Positions 28,196-41,588 of a stretch of 64,000 nt of DNA are shown here, one piece after another. The position numbers and the translations under genes were made by a program. The stretch spans positions 41,912,001 to 41,976,000 of the forward strand of contig OZ024751.1 of NCBI GenBank assembly GCA_964016885.1. The letters run 5' to 3'. The notes below the pieces were generated by a model. That model was not told the origin of the DNA. It worked only from the letters and a program-made list of their open reading frames with translations, and ran no database searches. Positions within the stretch are counted from its first letter, which is position 1; every line of letters starts with the position of its first letter. The stretch is from Eledone cirrhosa (taxonomy: Eukaryota).

Positions 28196-28740
28196 ATGTT
28201 ATAGGAACTGTTTCAAAAGTGATATTCTTAGGAAAAAACTTTGAATAGTACACAAAGAATGTGACAAAAGCCAGGAAGTTGGTGATACTTAAAGAAATCT
28301 GCTCTCCGCTCTCGGGAGGAGTGAAAAACGTGAGTGACGCGATGAAGATAAGTAGGGAACACGGAACCATAAAACTCAGCATGTAGTAAGTTGATTTCCG
28401 CGTTGCAGAAATCAGAAACATTATATTGTTAGAGATGTTTTTTTCATTGCATGTCAGGAAATTAAGAATCGGTTTGTGCCAGTTCTGACTGCTTTTCTCT
28501 TTGTTATCGTCTAAGTTTTTGAAATCCGCGAGGCGTATGGCCTTCTTGTCCATGTTCGGAATCAAATTTTGAAGAAGGACCGTGCTTTTGATGTCCAGTG
28601 CGCATGTCTGTTTGTCGAATGGAAATGTGTAGAAGTTGACCATACAGAGCGTTACAAACTTGTGGTAGATGATAGCTGACATATTGCCATCGTAGTTTAC
28701 TTTCACTGTGTCTACTTTAATATTATGTGGTGATTCAGCA
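28196..28740 (-). CDS. Gene A exon 5 (Cys-loop, loop C, M1, M2)
   Basis: Phase-2 join gives N-S-AESPHN.... Cys-loop C-MVNFYTFPFDKQT-C (C-x13-C), M1 with Pro, M2 PESGEQISLSITNFL, |gtaagt donor. The acceptor (gaaaaag|) is weak, so the 5' boundary is less certain. Confidence 0.93.
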
Positions 28741-28759
28741 CTTTTTCATGAGGTTCAAG

Positions 28760-28890
28760 TTCAAACATATAGATGAGGTCCAAACATATAGATGAGGTCC
28801 AAACATATAGATGAGGTCCAAACATATAGATGAGGTCCAAACATATAGATGAGGTCCAAACATATAGATGAGGTCCAAACATATAGATGA
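28760..28890. repeat. 19-bp minisatellite (7 copies) abutting the gene A exon 5 acceptor
   Basis: caaacatatagatgaggtc at 28762, 28781 ... 28876. Confidence 0.92.
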
Positions 28891-29134
28891 TGGTGGGGTT
28901 GATAGAAATGATAGAAAGAAAGAGAAAAATAGAAAACAGAAAAATTATGAATAGATGTTGTGATGGAATCACAATTATGAATGCATGTTGTGATGTAATC
29001 ACACATACATACATATCACAGAGAGAGAGATCTATATATTACATACACATACATTCACACATACATACATACATACATACATACATACATACATACATAC
29101 ATACATACATACATACATACATACATACATACAT

Positions 29135-30420
29135 AAAAAACTGCCACCAAATTAAAGCACAACCGGCCTGATATTGTAGTTTGGGACCACACATTGAAAA
29201 CGTGTTCTGTTGTGGAGATCAGCTGCCCACTTGATGTAAACGTTGTCAGAAAAATACAGGAGAAGGAGGACATCTACGGACCATTGATGAGGAGCTTACA
29301 AATCCAGTATCCAAGATACACCTTTAGCTTCATACCCATCATTATTGGAGCTACGGGTTATATACCAACCCGCTTGGACCAAAGTATGACCGAACTTGGA
29401 TTTGCGGACAAAAAGCGCAGCTCCCTAATTCATAGTCTACAAATGGCTGCGATAGCTGGCACCTTCAAAATATGCAAAACATTCTTGCGATTCAAGGGAT
29501 GACAATTTCTTTTCTTTTACAACCTTGCCACCAGGAAGGTGGCCGGTCAAAAAAATATACTCGAAATTAAGAGAAAGAGAAAACATACATACATACATAC
29601 ATACATACATGGTAGTGGCTGCCAACTCGTTTTCGAGTACGGCCACTACTTTATATCCATGTAGCCCTACCGATGCGCTGAACGAGTGTGACTTTTTAGT
29701 CCAGCTGAGCGACTTGAAAACTCTGGTACAAACACTACACTTGTGACAATTATTGACACATAGTGCTGGGCCCATGGTACCATGTGACGACAAGTGCAGA
29801 GAGATCTCCAGATATAAAGCAATGCCTGTGCCGTGAAGCTTTTATAGTGAGCAAAGGCACTGCACAAAGCCAGTCCCACTCACTTAACCAAGATGATATT
29901 TACCAAAAAGAAGAACAAGTCAACATCATTGGATACCATCAGGGTTGTAGGTGTTATATCAGAGTTTTCCTTCTCCTAGAATTCTGCCTTGACAAAGGCT
30001 AAGGGGTCATCCCTCCCGGTGATTTTGGATGGCCATTGACTCTTAAGAGATCCTTTGCCCTTTGACAGGTTTTGTTTTTAGTCCTGCAGGATGTCCAAAG
30101 TCACCCTCCTCACCAAGAAACCTTGGTGGGGTTGCCAGTTTAGTCGCCAACGACCCGACCATGAGACAGGTTGTACTGATATGTACATAGATACATACAT
30201 ACATACATACATACATACATACATACATACATACATACATACATACATACATACATACATACATACATACATACATACAAATGGATGCGATAGCTGGCAC
30301 CTTCAAAGTTTGCAAAACTTTCTTGCGATTCAAGGGATGACATTTTCTTTTCTTTTACAACCTTGCCACCAGGGAGGTGGCCGGATAAAAATGTACTCGA
30401 AATTAACAGAAAGAGAACTA
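29135..30420. mobile_element. RLE-type LINE pieces in (TACA)n: 3' end (+, 29135-29585), probable 5' end (-, 29610-30180), second 3' stub (30280-30420)
   Basis: HNRPD..VEISCP..K...Y..L..PIIIGATG motifs, plus a CSVC..F zinc-finger-like segment on the minus strand. A third 3' stub lies at about 19905-19980. Confidence 0.7.
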
Positions 30421-30554
30421 TGCATACTTACATATATTTATACATACATATATACAAAAATATATACATACTTACATATATACATACATACACACACATA
30501 CATATACACACACAGGTACAATATAGATAGTGATATGAATTAATTATACTATAC

Positions 30555-30664
30555 CTGTTGGCCACAGCCAAATATGGGGTCCAGATGTCCTTGGAAGGGA
30601 TCCACATCTGTTTGACCCCCCTGTGATTTTCAGGGTCCCAACTCATCTCGCTGTGTCTCCATTC
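30555..30664 (-). CDS. Gene A exon 4 (110-nt exon)
   Basis: ttcacag|EWRHSEMSWDPENHRGVKQMWIPSKDIWTPYLAVAN-AG|gtat. Contains the pLGIC W..W.P and IWxP motifs; 110 nt as in nAChR genes. Confidence 0.92.
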
Positions 30665-30880
30665 CTGTGAAGATATAAGCATCAATACTATTACTACTAC
30701 TGCTAATAATAATAATAATTGTTTCTACTTTAGGCACAAGGCCAGCAATTACCCAGTGCATTACTGGTACTTTATTTTATCGACCCCGTAAGGATGAAAG
30801 GCAAAGTCAACCAATAATAATAATAATAATAATAATTTCTTTATTGGCCACGAGAGCTGACATCAAAGAAAACATTACAG

Positions 30881-31327
30881 ACGGCACAGGACGGTACAGG
30901 ACGGTACAGGACGGTACAGGACGGTACAGGACGGTACAGGACGGTACAGGACGGTACAGGACGGTACAGAACGGTACAGAACGGTACAGGACGGTACAGG
31001 ACGGTACAGGACGGCACAGGACGGTACAGGACGGTACAGGACGGCACAGGACGGTACAGGACGGTACAGGGCGGTACAGAACGGTACAGGACGGTACAGG
31101 ACGGTACAGGACGGTACAGGACGGTACAGAACGGTACAGGACGGTACAGGACGGTACAGGACGGTACAGAACGGTACAGGACGGTACAGGACGGTACAGG
31201 ACGGTACAGAACGGTACAGAACGGTACAGGACGGTACAGGACGGTACAGGACGGCACAGGACGGTACAGGACGGTACAGAACGGTACAGAACGGTACAGG
31301 ACGGTACAGGACGGTACAGGACGGTAC
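30881..31327. repeat. 10-bp minisatellite (acggtacagg)n inside a Tx1-family 3' stub
   Basis: About 44 copies; shorter arrays occur in related stubs at about 37255 and 48706-48792. Confidence 0.92.
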
Positions 31328-31550
31328 GATGTGAGTTTTGTGCGTGTAAAGATTTTTATTATTTATATAAAAAAATTGGTAAGGGCGGTGGATTGGCAGT
31401 ATCGGTAGAGGATCAGACGCCATGCTTTGACGCATAGAGTTACGGCCCTTACCATTCTGAGTTCAAATCCCGCCAAGGTTAACTTTGCCTTTCATCCTTA
31501 CGGGGTCGATAAAATAAAGTACCAGTAATGTACTCAGGTAATAATAATAA

Positions 31551-32078
31551 TAAAATAGTAGTGCTAGTGTCATGATAAAAGACACCCAGTACACTCTGTA
31601 AAATAGTAGTGCTAGTGTCATGATAAAAGACACCCAGTACACTCTGTAAAATAGTAGTGATAGTGTCATGATAAAATACACCCAGTACACTCTGTAAAAT
31701 AGTAGTGATAGTGTCATGATAAAATACACTCAGTACACTCTGTAAAATAGTAGTGCTAGTGTCATGATAAAAGACACCCAGTACATTCTGTAAAGTGTTA
31801 GTGCTGGTGTCATGATAAAAGACACCCAGTACACTCTGTAAAATAGTAGTGCTAGTGTCATGATAAAAGACACCCAGTACACTTTGTAAAGTGTTAGTGC
31901 TGGTGTCATGATAAAAGACACCCAGTACACTCTGTAAAATAGTAGTGCTGGTGTCATGATAAAAGACACCCAGTACACTCTGTAAAATAGTAGTGCTAGT
32001 GTCATGATAAAATACACCCAGTACACTCTGTAAAGTATTAGTGCTGGTGTCATGATAAAAGACACCCAGTACACTCTG
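31551..32078. repeat. 48-bp minisatellite (~11 copies) in gene A intron 3
   Basis: aaaatagtagtgctagtgtcatgataaaagacacccagtacactctgt. Confidence 0.92.
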
Positions 32079-32195
32079 GAAAGTTGTAGAACTGATGTTA
32101 CGATTAAATGTACCAAATCCACATACAGTAACTATAGCAACAGTCACTCACCCACGAAAAACAGTATACATAGCAACAGTAACCAAGGTACTCAC

Positions 32196-32240
32196 CAAGT
32201 ATAAAATCCCACTTATATGCATTGTTTGTCCATCGTGAAT
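32196..32240 (-). CDS. Gene A exon 3 (45-nt exon)
   Basis: tttcag|IHDGQTMHISGILYL|gtgag. It is exactly 45 nt, the exon size typical of nAChR genes at this position, and too short for the ORF track. Confidence 0.85.
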
Positions 32241-32864
32241 CTGAAATATGGAAAATATATTCTATATGTATGTCAACCCACATTAATTACAGGTAGATAG
32301 ATATATTTCTTTATTTGCCACAAGGGCGCACAAGAAAAAGGGACAATACAAAGACATATGCCGGGGATTTTACATACAGTCGTGTAAAAATATTGAAACA
32401 AACAAATTCAACAATCGAAATCCCCAATAGGGGGGAGGCGCCACAAATGGGTTGTTTAGTACCCCGTCGATAGAACAACCCAACCCCCAACTTCAGGAGC
32501 ATGTTGTGCAAGTGCTCCTTTCTTCCTTTTGTTCTCTTCTTTAACCTACAAGCTTATAAACAGAGAAGGTAGATAGATAAATTTCTTTATTAGCCACAAG
32601 GGCACAAAAGAAGGGGACAAATACAAATGGGGAGTTTACATACAGGTATATGAAAATAAAACTATTAATAAAATAAGATAGATATATTTCTTTATTAGCC
32701 ACAATTAATAAAATAAGATATGTTTCTTTTATTTGCCACCAGGGCATCAAAAGTGGGACAAGTACAATGGGGGGAGTTTACAAAATAAGGCGTCCTCAAT
32801 AAGGAGGAGGCAATAACAATATATAAAAGTAAAATAAAATATAACAAAAAATAAAATTTATAAC

Positions 32865-32942
<78 letters not shown>

Positions 32943-32956
32943 TACACTTTACTCAC

Positions 32957-33096
32957 TATCTCAAAACTGTCCAGTATTTTCAATTTTATTTTAATATCAA
33001 TCCGGTCGCTGTTATCTTCCAAAGGAGCGACATAAGGATTAACCTTCGATATCAAACTCGTTCTCAGACGTAGGTTTAAACTGTAATATGAGTCAT
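32957..33096 (-). CDS. Gene A exon 2 (N-terminal helix to beta1)
   Basis: ttacag| acceptor, 140 nt, (D)DSYYSLNLRLRTSLISKVNPYVAPLEDNSDRIDIKIKLKILDSFEI, |gtgagt donor in phase 0. Resembles the pLGIC N-terminus. Confidence 0.85.
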
Positions 33097-33202
33097 CTGT
33101 AATAGAGGTTATACATATACATCTATACCTCGAAATATATACAGTTAGCAGTCTTACTTCCACACACACACACACTATATATATATATATATATATATAT
33201 AT

Positions 33203-33612
33203 CTAAGGCGGGTAAAATTCCCGAGATCCATGGACGAGTTCTCTCCAGCGGTCTCTGTCCCCCATTATCGCTGCCATGTCCTGCATCTCCAACAGACCAG
33301 TGTCTGTCCTTAGGGCATCAACATACGTTAACCTTGGTCTTCCTCTTCTAGTGTGTCCATGTAAGGGCTCCCAAAGGAGCACTGAGTGCAATGTCAACTC
33401 TGGATGTCGGTGAGCATGTCCAGCCAACCTCAGTCTCCTCTGTGTCATTTTTGAGCTGACTTTTGGGATTCTCCCATACAGCTCTGAGTTTTTCATCCTT
33501 AGTGTATACTGATTAATGCTGTATGGGTCTGAGACTTGGACACTGACCAAGAAACTCACTCAGATGGTGGATGGGTGCTACACGAGAATGCTGAGGATGG
33601 CTCTGAACATTA
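33203..33612 (-). mobile_element. RTE-type LINE 3' end with 5' inversion
   Basis: Minus strand: RRLRLAGH..RH..LWEP..RGRP. Plus strand from about 33515: LYGSETWTLTK..DGCYTRMLRMAL. Confidence 0.8.
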
Positions 33613-33615
33613 ATC

Positions 33616-33686
<71 letters not shown>

Positions 33687-33776
33687 TTTCTTTATTAGCC
33701 ACAGGGGCACAAAAGAAGGGGACAAGAGAAAGAGAGAGATAGATAGATATATATAGATATAGATATATAATTATAA

Positions 33777-34285
<509 letters not shown>

Positions 34286-34297
34286 AAGAAGAGAGAG

Positions 34298-34381
<84 letters not shown>

Positions 34382-34449
34382 TATAGATGGCAGTAATTCT
34401 TTGCTTAATCTTTAATGTTATTTTAATAAATATATATATATATATATTA

Positions 34450-34480
<31 letters not shown>

Positions 34481-34527
34481 AAGAAGAAGAAGAAGAAGAA
34501 GAAGAAGAAGAAGAAGAAGAAGAAAAA

Positions 34528-35365
34528 GAATGCCTTCTAATACATGTATCTGTCCCCACAGACGACAATATATCTTCCAAGAAAATGGAGTTCTCCAAAT
34601 ATAAAGATTTAGCGATAGAAATAACTCGAATGTGGAAAACGAAAACAGAAACAATTCCTATAATAATAGGTGCTCTAGGAATGATAAAAAAAAACACACA
34701 GACAAATGCATAACCAGAACCCCAGGATTTATAAATATACTAGCTGAGGTAACCGGTAATACCCGGGAGTGAGGGTATTCCCAGTTCCCATTAAAACGCC
34801 CAATGCCTCGCAGACCAAAAATGAAATTAAAATATAGGACAGATTCATTTACGAAACAATAATACAAACAAATATTTGTCAAAGAAGTTGAGTGTTGCTG
34901 CAAGGAAAAAAATAGAACCCCCATTAGGGTGTCATAATATTATTGAAATTTGCTGAAATTTTGTGAATAGGCATCATATCTTGTCATTTACCTACGGTTT
35001 AAATATCATATAAATCGAAGGGGAAAAATTAAGCGGGGATTTTCAGCGGGGGTTTGAGCCCCCGGGAAACCCTTTGATTAAAATGCAATATACGTAAGAA
35101 ATCAAATGGGCATGAGCCCCACACACGTGTCAAGTTTCATCAAGATCGGTTTGGTAGTTATTGAGTTTTAGGTTCACAAACAAACAAACAGACAGAAATT
35201 GCCATTTATGTATATATATATACAGCATACAAAAGATAACACTACTAGGCACTGCACACATATTACGAAAAGTACTTTCAATGCAATAGAAACATCAGCA
35301 AAAACTACACTGCACATAACCAAGGCACACAGAGCTGTGCTCGGGTAAAGAAGTCATGATGCGCA
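34528..35365 (+). mobile_element. Degraded RLE-type LINE fragment interrupted by a non-autonomous element (~34740-35210)
   Basis: K.SKYKDLAIEI.RMW....PIIIGALG before the insert and LGTAHILRKVL after it. Confidence 0.65.
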
Positions 35366-35395
35366 ATAGAAATAATAATAATAGAAATAATAATA

Positions 35396-35970
35396 TTGAA
35401 AGGCTGGAGACATGATGTGATAGGCAGGGTGATCTACTGGCATCTATGCAAAGTAAACAATTTCCCACATTCTGAGAAGTGGTATGAGCATAAGCCAGAG
35501 TCGGTGATAGAAAACGATCAGGCGAAGGTGCTGTGGGATTTTAGGATACAGACGGACAAGAAACTGGAACACAATAGACCTGACCTGGTGGTTTTGGACA
35601 AGGAAAAAAGATCGTGCCTGATTGTGGATGTGGCCTGCCCATTTTGATACGAGAGTGCAAGAGAAGGAGAGGGAGAAAATTAACCGATACCAGGACTTAA
35701 AGTGGGAGTTTAAAAGGATTTGGAACTGCCATGAAATCATGGTCGTCCCGATCGTCATAGGCGCACTAGGTACTATCTCAAAGAGTTTCCAAGAATGGTT
35801 AAAGAAGATTAGTCTAGCCCCACTTTTTGGAACACTTCAAAAGGCATGCTTGCTGGGAACAGCAAGAACCCTCCGATACGTCCTGAATGTCTGAGGCTGC
35901 AGGTAGTGGCTTGATATTCATTTCAATAAACCTTCCAGTTAAATAACATCAATGACTGAAACTCAAAGAA
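35396..35970 (+). mobile_element. RLE-type (R4/Dong-like) LINE 3' fragment in (TAA)n
   Basis: RHD..WYEHKPE..LWDF.IQTD..HNRPD..DVACP..K..Y.DL..PIVIGALG restriction-like endonuclease motifs; frameshift near 35641. A second 3' stub lies inverted at about 48862-49008. Confidence 0.88.
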
Positions 35971-36019
35971 CAATAATAATAATAATAATAATAATAACAA
36001 TAATAATAATGATAATAAT

Positions 36020-36995
36020 GATTTCATTTATTAGCCACAAGGGCCGACATGTAGGGGACAATACAAAGACAGGGACAGTGGGGGTTTACAATAAGGTCGA
36101 GTAAAAGTGCACAATGGCAAGACTAATTTAACAATGAAAATATAAAATATAAAATAAACTATGCATAAATATAACAAAATAAATTCCCCGATATGGGGTG
36201 GACGACCCTGGGGTGATTCGGGTACCCCACCAATCCTGAACCACCCTGCGCTTCTAGGGCACCCAGGAGAGCACCCCTTTCCTCAAGTTAGCCAGCCTAT
36301 AGGCGCATGGTCAGAGTAGGCCCATTCACACGAGCCATTCTCGCCACATTCACTCACCTTTTAGCAAATGTACTGGGGGGCAGCACTTCTCTCTCCACCC
36401 TCACCCTCCTTTCCAGGTGAAACTTGAAGAAGTTGATGAGGGATTGGCCGAAGAGAAAAGTGTCTGTCTTTAGTCCTTTCAACCTGGTCCACCATATAAT
36501 CTCTTTCGCAACTGCCACCAGACAGAGGAAAATGTCCTGCTCTTCCTGACCTAAGGAAGATGGCGGCTCGATCTTCACTATGGACTCGGCCGATAGCCGG
36601 ATTCGTTCCACACGCGACAGTAGCTGTTCGACATAACTCCACAAGTCAGTAATGCACGGACATTGGACAAGTGCGTGCAGAACGGTTTCGTCGTTCTGTG
36701 CGCATCTTGGGCAGGTCCGTCTGACAGCACTTCCGTGCCTGTAGAGTTTATCCCGAACCGGCAGTGCCCCCCGGTAGCACTGCCAAGCGAGGGATTTCTG
36801 GAAATTGTCCATCGTCCCCGGCTCAAAAGTCCTCCGGTACAGACTGGTCAGTTCGACTTCGTCGAGGCCCAAAGTTTCTCCGAGTGCGTCATCGCACTTG
36901 CCCACCACTAATCCTCTATAGAACTCGAGAGTGGAAGTTCCACTGATCGCATTGCCCGCTTGGTAGAGGGCAGTGAGTGCCTGGCAACATTCCAG
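36020..36995 (-). mobile_element. Tx1/L1-like 3' fragment
   Basis: ORF 36354-37055 closely matches the C-terminus of 37521-38870 (AWQCYRGALPVRDKL..CPRC..ETVLHAL). Confidence 0.88.
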
Positions 36996-37207
36996 GTAAT
37001 AATAATAATAATTGTTTCTACTTTTAGGCACAAGGCCAGCAATTACCCAGTGCATTACTGGTACTTTATTTTATCGACCCCGTAAGGATGAAAGGCAAAG
37101 TCAACCTCGGCGGGATTTGAACTCAGATCGTAAAGGGACGTAACTATGCTGGAAAGCATGGCGTCCGACCCTCTACCGATACTGCCAATCCACCGCCTAA
37201 TAATAAT

Positions 37208-40190
37208 GATTTCTTTATTGGCCACAAGGGCTGACATCAAGAAAAATATCACAGACGGCACAGGACGGTACAGGACGGTACGATGTGGGTTTTGTGCGTG
37301 TAAATATTTTTATTATTTATATAAGAAAAGAAAAAAGACATAAAACATATATATATAAACAATAAAATAAAAATTGAAACAATGAAAAAATCCCCAATAG
37401 GTGGGAAACCTCCGAGGGTTACTCGTGGCGAAAACCACACAAAAGACCACGGCCACCCTGACTACCAGGGCAAGCGCCCTCTCTCAATTTTTCCATCTCT
37501 CAAACTACAGACGTATATTCTCAGACCATTCTCGCTACATTCACCCACCTTTCAACAAACTTGCTAGAAAGCAGCACTTGCCTCTCCACCCTGATTTTCC
37601 TCTTCAAGTGAAACTTGAAAAAGTTAATTAGGGATTCGCCGAAGAGGAAAGTGTTTGTCTTTAATCCTTTTAACCTTGTCCACCACACAATCTCTTTCGC
37701 CATGGCCACCAGGCAGATGAAAACCGCCTGCCCTTCCTCCTCAAAGGAAGACGGCGAGACCATCTGCACAATGGACTCAGTCGACAACCGGATCAGTCCC
37801 ACACGTGACAGCAACTGTTCGACATAGCTCCACAAGTCAGCAATGCTCGGGCACTGAACGAGTGCGTACACAACGGTTTCGTCGCTATGCGCGCATCTCG
37901 GACAGGCTCGGCTGACGGCACTTCCGTGCCTGTAGAGCTTATCTCGAACCGGCAACGCTCCCCGGTAGCACTGCCAGGCCAGGGGTTTTTGCAGTTTCCA
38001 AGCGCTATCCCTCGGTCTTTTTCTGACCCAGGACTGCAGCTCCGTCAAGGAGACGAGCTGTAGGAAAATGTGCCTGGCGAACGGCGACCACACCCGTTCA
38101 CCATCAAAGAAGCACCAGAGATGTCGCAGCCTCAGCGCATGTTTGCACAACATCAGCCATGGCATGCCCAGTCCTCCACGCAACGGGTGTTGACAGCAGA
38201 TGGATCGTCTGACCATGGGAGCGCGTCCCTTCCACAAAAAGCGGAAGAGGAGGCGCTCCATTTTGGCGAGAGTTGGGCTGGAGCAAGGGACGACGGTGAG
38301 GCGGTAGCAGATGACGGATGCGATGTACGCATTCGCCACTTCCGCCCGGCCTTTCAGGGACAGCTTCCTCTCAGCCCATTTCTGGGTGAGGGAGGCCACC
38401 CTGCTCGTCACCTCGTTCCAGTTTTTCTCCATCTGGAGGTCCGGTCCGAACCAGACCCCGAGCAATTTAACCGGTCCGTCCGTCCAACGCCCCACGACGC
38501 TGTCGGACGGCATGGATTTGCCTCTCCAGGTGCCTAGCTGCAAGCCTACCGACTTTTCCTGGTTTATCTTTGCTCCTGTCACCGCTTCGTATTCCTTGAG
38601 AGCGGTGCCTAGCATCTGGACGTGTCTGGTGCTCGACACCACCACGGTGACGTCATCAGCGTAAGCCGACTCGGATTTCCCGCATCCTAGTTCGCATGGG
38701 ACGCCTCTCATCGCCCCAGTTTGTGCAGTAACGGCTCGAGAGCCAATACGTACAAGAGGGACGAGAGGGGACAACCCTGGCGGACTGAGCGCATGATGCT
38801 GAACGGCTGCGACAGGTGACCGTTCACCCTCACAACTGAGCAGATGTTGCTGTACATCGCAGCGATCCAACCCCTGAAAACGGGCCCGAAACCGGCTGCC
38901 TCGAGGACTGCCGCCAGGTACCGATGGTCGACCCTATCGAATGTTTTGGATTGATCCAAGTTGATCAGGGCCCCACTCGTGCCAGGTTCCTTGACCACCC
39001 TCTCTATGATGTATCGCATGAGGTGGAGGTTGTCGAGTATGGATCTGTCCGGAATGGCGCATGTCAGACACTTGACGACAAGCGCCAGCCTCGTTGCTAA
39101 CACCTTGGCCAAAATCTTGAACTCTGCGTTTAGCAGGGTTATGGGCCTAAAATTATCGATAGCATCCCCCTTGTTCGGGTCTTTTCTCAGCAGCTCCACC
39201 GCTCCCCGGCTCACAAAACTGGGAATGCTCCCGTTCTGCTGCCAGTTGCAGTAGACGTCTGCCAAGAGGTCACCGAACAAGTCTGGCATAAATGCATAAA
39301 GCTCGTAGGGCAGACCATCCAAACCTGGCGATTTACCCCTCGTGCAGTTAGCCATCGCTTCCCGTATTTCACCGGCTGTTATTGGCTTTTCGCAACACTG
39401 CGCTGCGGTCGTCGAGAGCCAAGGCAGTCCGTCGAGGTATGCACTGAAGTCCATGCCCCGATCCGGGCCGCCGCTGCTCCCGAACAGTTCAGCAAAGTGC
39501 TGCTGAAAAGCTTCACACATCTGCTCGGGTTCGAGCAACACGCACCCGTTTTGGTCAGACAAAGACCGAATTGTGGCTTTGTTGCCACGTCGCGCCTCTG
39601 CCACCCGGGCCCAATGGACGGCTTTTGTCGTGTTTCAGAGCACGCGCTCTAGCTCTGACAACGCAGCCTTCGTGTTTTGCGTTGAAGAATTGGTCGAGTG
39701 CCAATCTCGCCGCAAGCACGTCGGTTGCGATGCCTGTCCTAAACGCCCCTTCTAGCTTTCTGACTAGCTCTCCCTCTACTCTATTTTCCTCTATCACTAG
39801 TCCTTTGCTAAATCTAATCGACTCTACTTTAATTGCCCTTTTCAGGGCGAACCACCACCTGTTGTTGACAACCGTTCCCGTCAACGCCCGCTTAACTAAT
39901 ACGCTAATCCGGTCTCTGTAGGCTTTGCGCGCCGGGAAAGACGCATTCAGCTTCCAGTAACCGGGCCCTTGTCTATGAAGTCTGTCTATGTCGATCTCAC
40001 AGATCACAAATTTGTGGTCTGTGTAGTCGACTATTTTAAATTGTGGACAACTTATACTAGCCTTATCTAGTTCTCTGCAGAATACCCTATCGCGATACGA
40101 TCTGGATGACCCGATGCAGTTTGTCCATGTCCACATTGACACATTCGGGTGATCCAGTCGATACCTGTCAGACAGTTCAAAACGTCTGAG
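37208..40190 (-). mobile_element. Tx1/L1-clade non-LTR retrotransposon, frameshifted ORF2 (EN end + RT), 5'-truncated
   Basis: ORFs 39555-40268, 38708-39604 and 37521-38870 carry TDH, GPGYWKLN, KSPGLDGLP, FRPITLLN, RQGCPLS, YADD and a C-terminal CPRC-ET..H-like motif. The 3' end has AATAAA abutting (TAA)n. Confidence 0.92.
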
Positions 40191-41027
40191 CAGTATTAAC
40201 CACAAAGGTTTACACAAAGTAGACATTAAGGACAGTACAGGACAATACAGGACGGTACAAATGGGCATTTCTGCGTGTAAAAAAAAAACAAAAAAACAGA
40301 GGATGTAATAAAAAGAACAATGATAATAATAATAATTGTTTCTACTTTTGGCACAAGGCCAGCAATAACCCAGTGTATTACTGGTACTTTATTTTATCGA
40401 CCCCCGTAAGGATGAGAGGCAAAGTTAACCTCGACGGGATTTGAACTCAGAATGACAAGGGCCGTAACTCAATGCGTCAAAGCATGGTGTCCGGCCCTCT
40501 ACCGATACTGCCAATCCAATAATAATGAGTATGGTTGAGGTGTCAAACTTTCATTACGATTATTCAGGTGTGACGCGCATTTCGCCATTGATCATCTCAA
40601 GGTTCGATCTCTATCTATCGAGCTCGACTCCGGAATGAAAAGCTCATTAGACTTCTAATATATATATATATGTGTGTGTGTGTGTGTTGACATACAGGGG
40701 CCGGCTGGCATAGAAACAACAACAACACATACCACCGGTCCCTCGTATTATTGAAAGAAAATTTTGTTTTAATTTTTTTTGAGAATTTTTTTTTAATTTG
40801 TGTAAAAGTTGTGTGAGATTGTTTTAGGATTTTTATACCATCTGCCCAGCTGAAGGTGGTAGACTGGGCACATTGACGGGTTTTTAGGGGTTGAGGAGAG
40901 AATAGGTCGATGAATAACAATAAAGATCACAGAAATAGTAAAGTTACACACCTAACATATATGTATATGTACATTTATATATATAAATATATATATACAA
41001 TGGAAACTATATTTATAAAACCATATC

Positions 41028-41092
41028 TATCTTATTATACATATTTCAAGGATACCATGTTAAATTATGGTATGCTTTCATCAGACAAAATA
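41028..41092 (-). ncRNA. Type I hammerhead ribozyme, inverted copy of 42125 (sense within gene A intron 1)
   Basis: Reverse complement of the 42125 motif; the core is intact. Confidence 0.75.
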
Positions 41093-41588
41093 CAATATAT
41101 ACCAGTTTTATAAATAAATATTGACGTACCCTTTCAAAATGCAACCGTTACTTTTGGAAGACATCAAGGATAGTGGATTTGTTTATTTTAGTAAGTCGTT
41201 GTGTTAAGGAGAAGGAAAAAGACGGAGAGAGAGAAAAACCGAGAGAGAGAAAAGTGGAGAAAGAAAGGGAGAGATAAAGAAAGAAAAAGAAGAAAGAAAA
41301 AAGAAAAAAAGAAAATAGAGAAAAACAAGAGAGAGATATCAAAACACCAGACAGAGAGAAAAAATCAAGAGAGAGAAATATAGAGATAGAGAGAGGGGGA
41401 GAGAACGAAAACCTTAAGTCATGTCATATTAAGTTAAGTTAACAATTGAGATGAAATGAATAAATAAAATTAGAAATATTAATATTCATGAATGGAATAT
41501 ACATATATAATATGAGAAATTAATCATTGTTTAACTATGATTAGATATTTAGTTTAAAAACTGAGATCAATATATTAAAAATTGGAAT

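Noticed and set aside
30040-30180. Possible HDV-like ribozyme at the 5' end of the RLE-type LINE (similarly ~48040-48130)
   Set aside because: The position is plausible, but I could not fold a complete nested double pseudoknot by eye.
30841-32147. Repetitive ORFs (GTGRYRTVQD)n and (STTILQSVLGVFYHDT)n
   Set aside because: They are 10-bp and 48-bp intronic minisatellites that happen to lack stops.
40571-40655. Degenerate hammerhead-like motifs (also ~7870, 45125, 46832, 47584, 50113)
   Set aside because: The core is mutated or stem I is missing; probably decayed relics, so not called.
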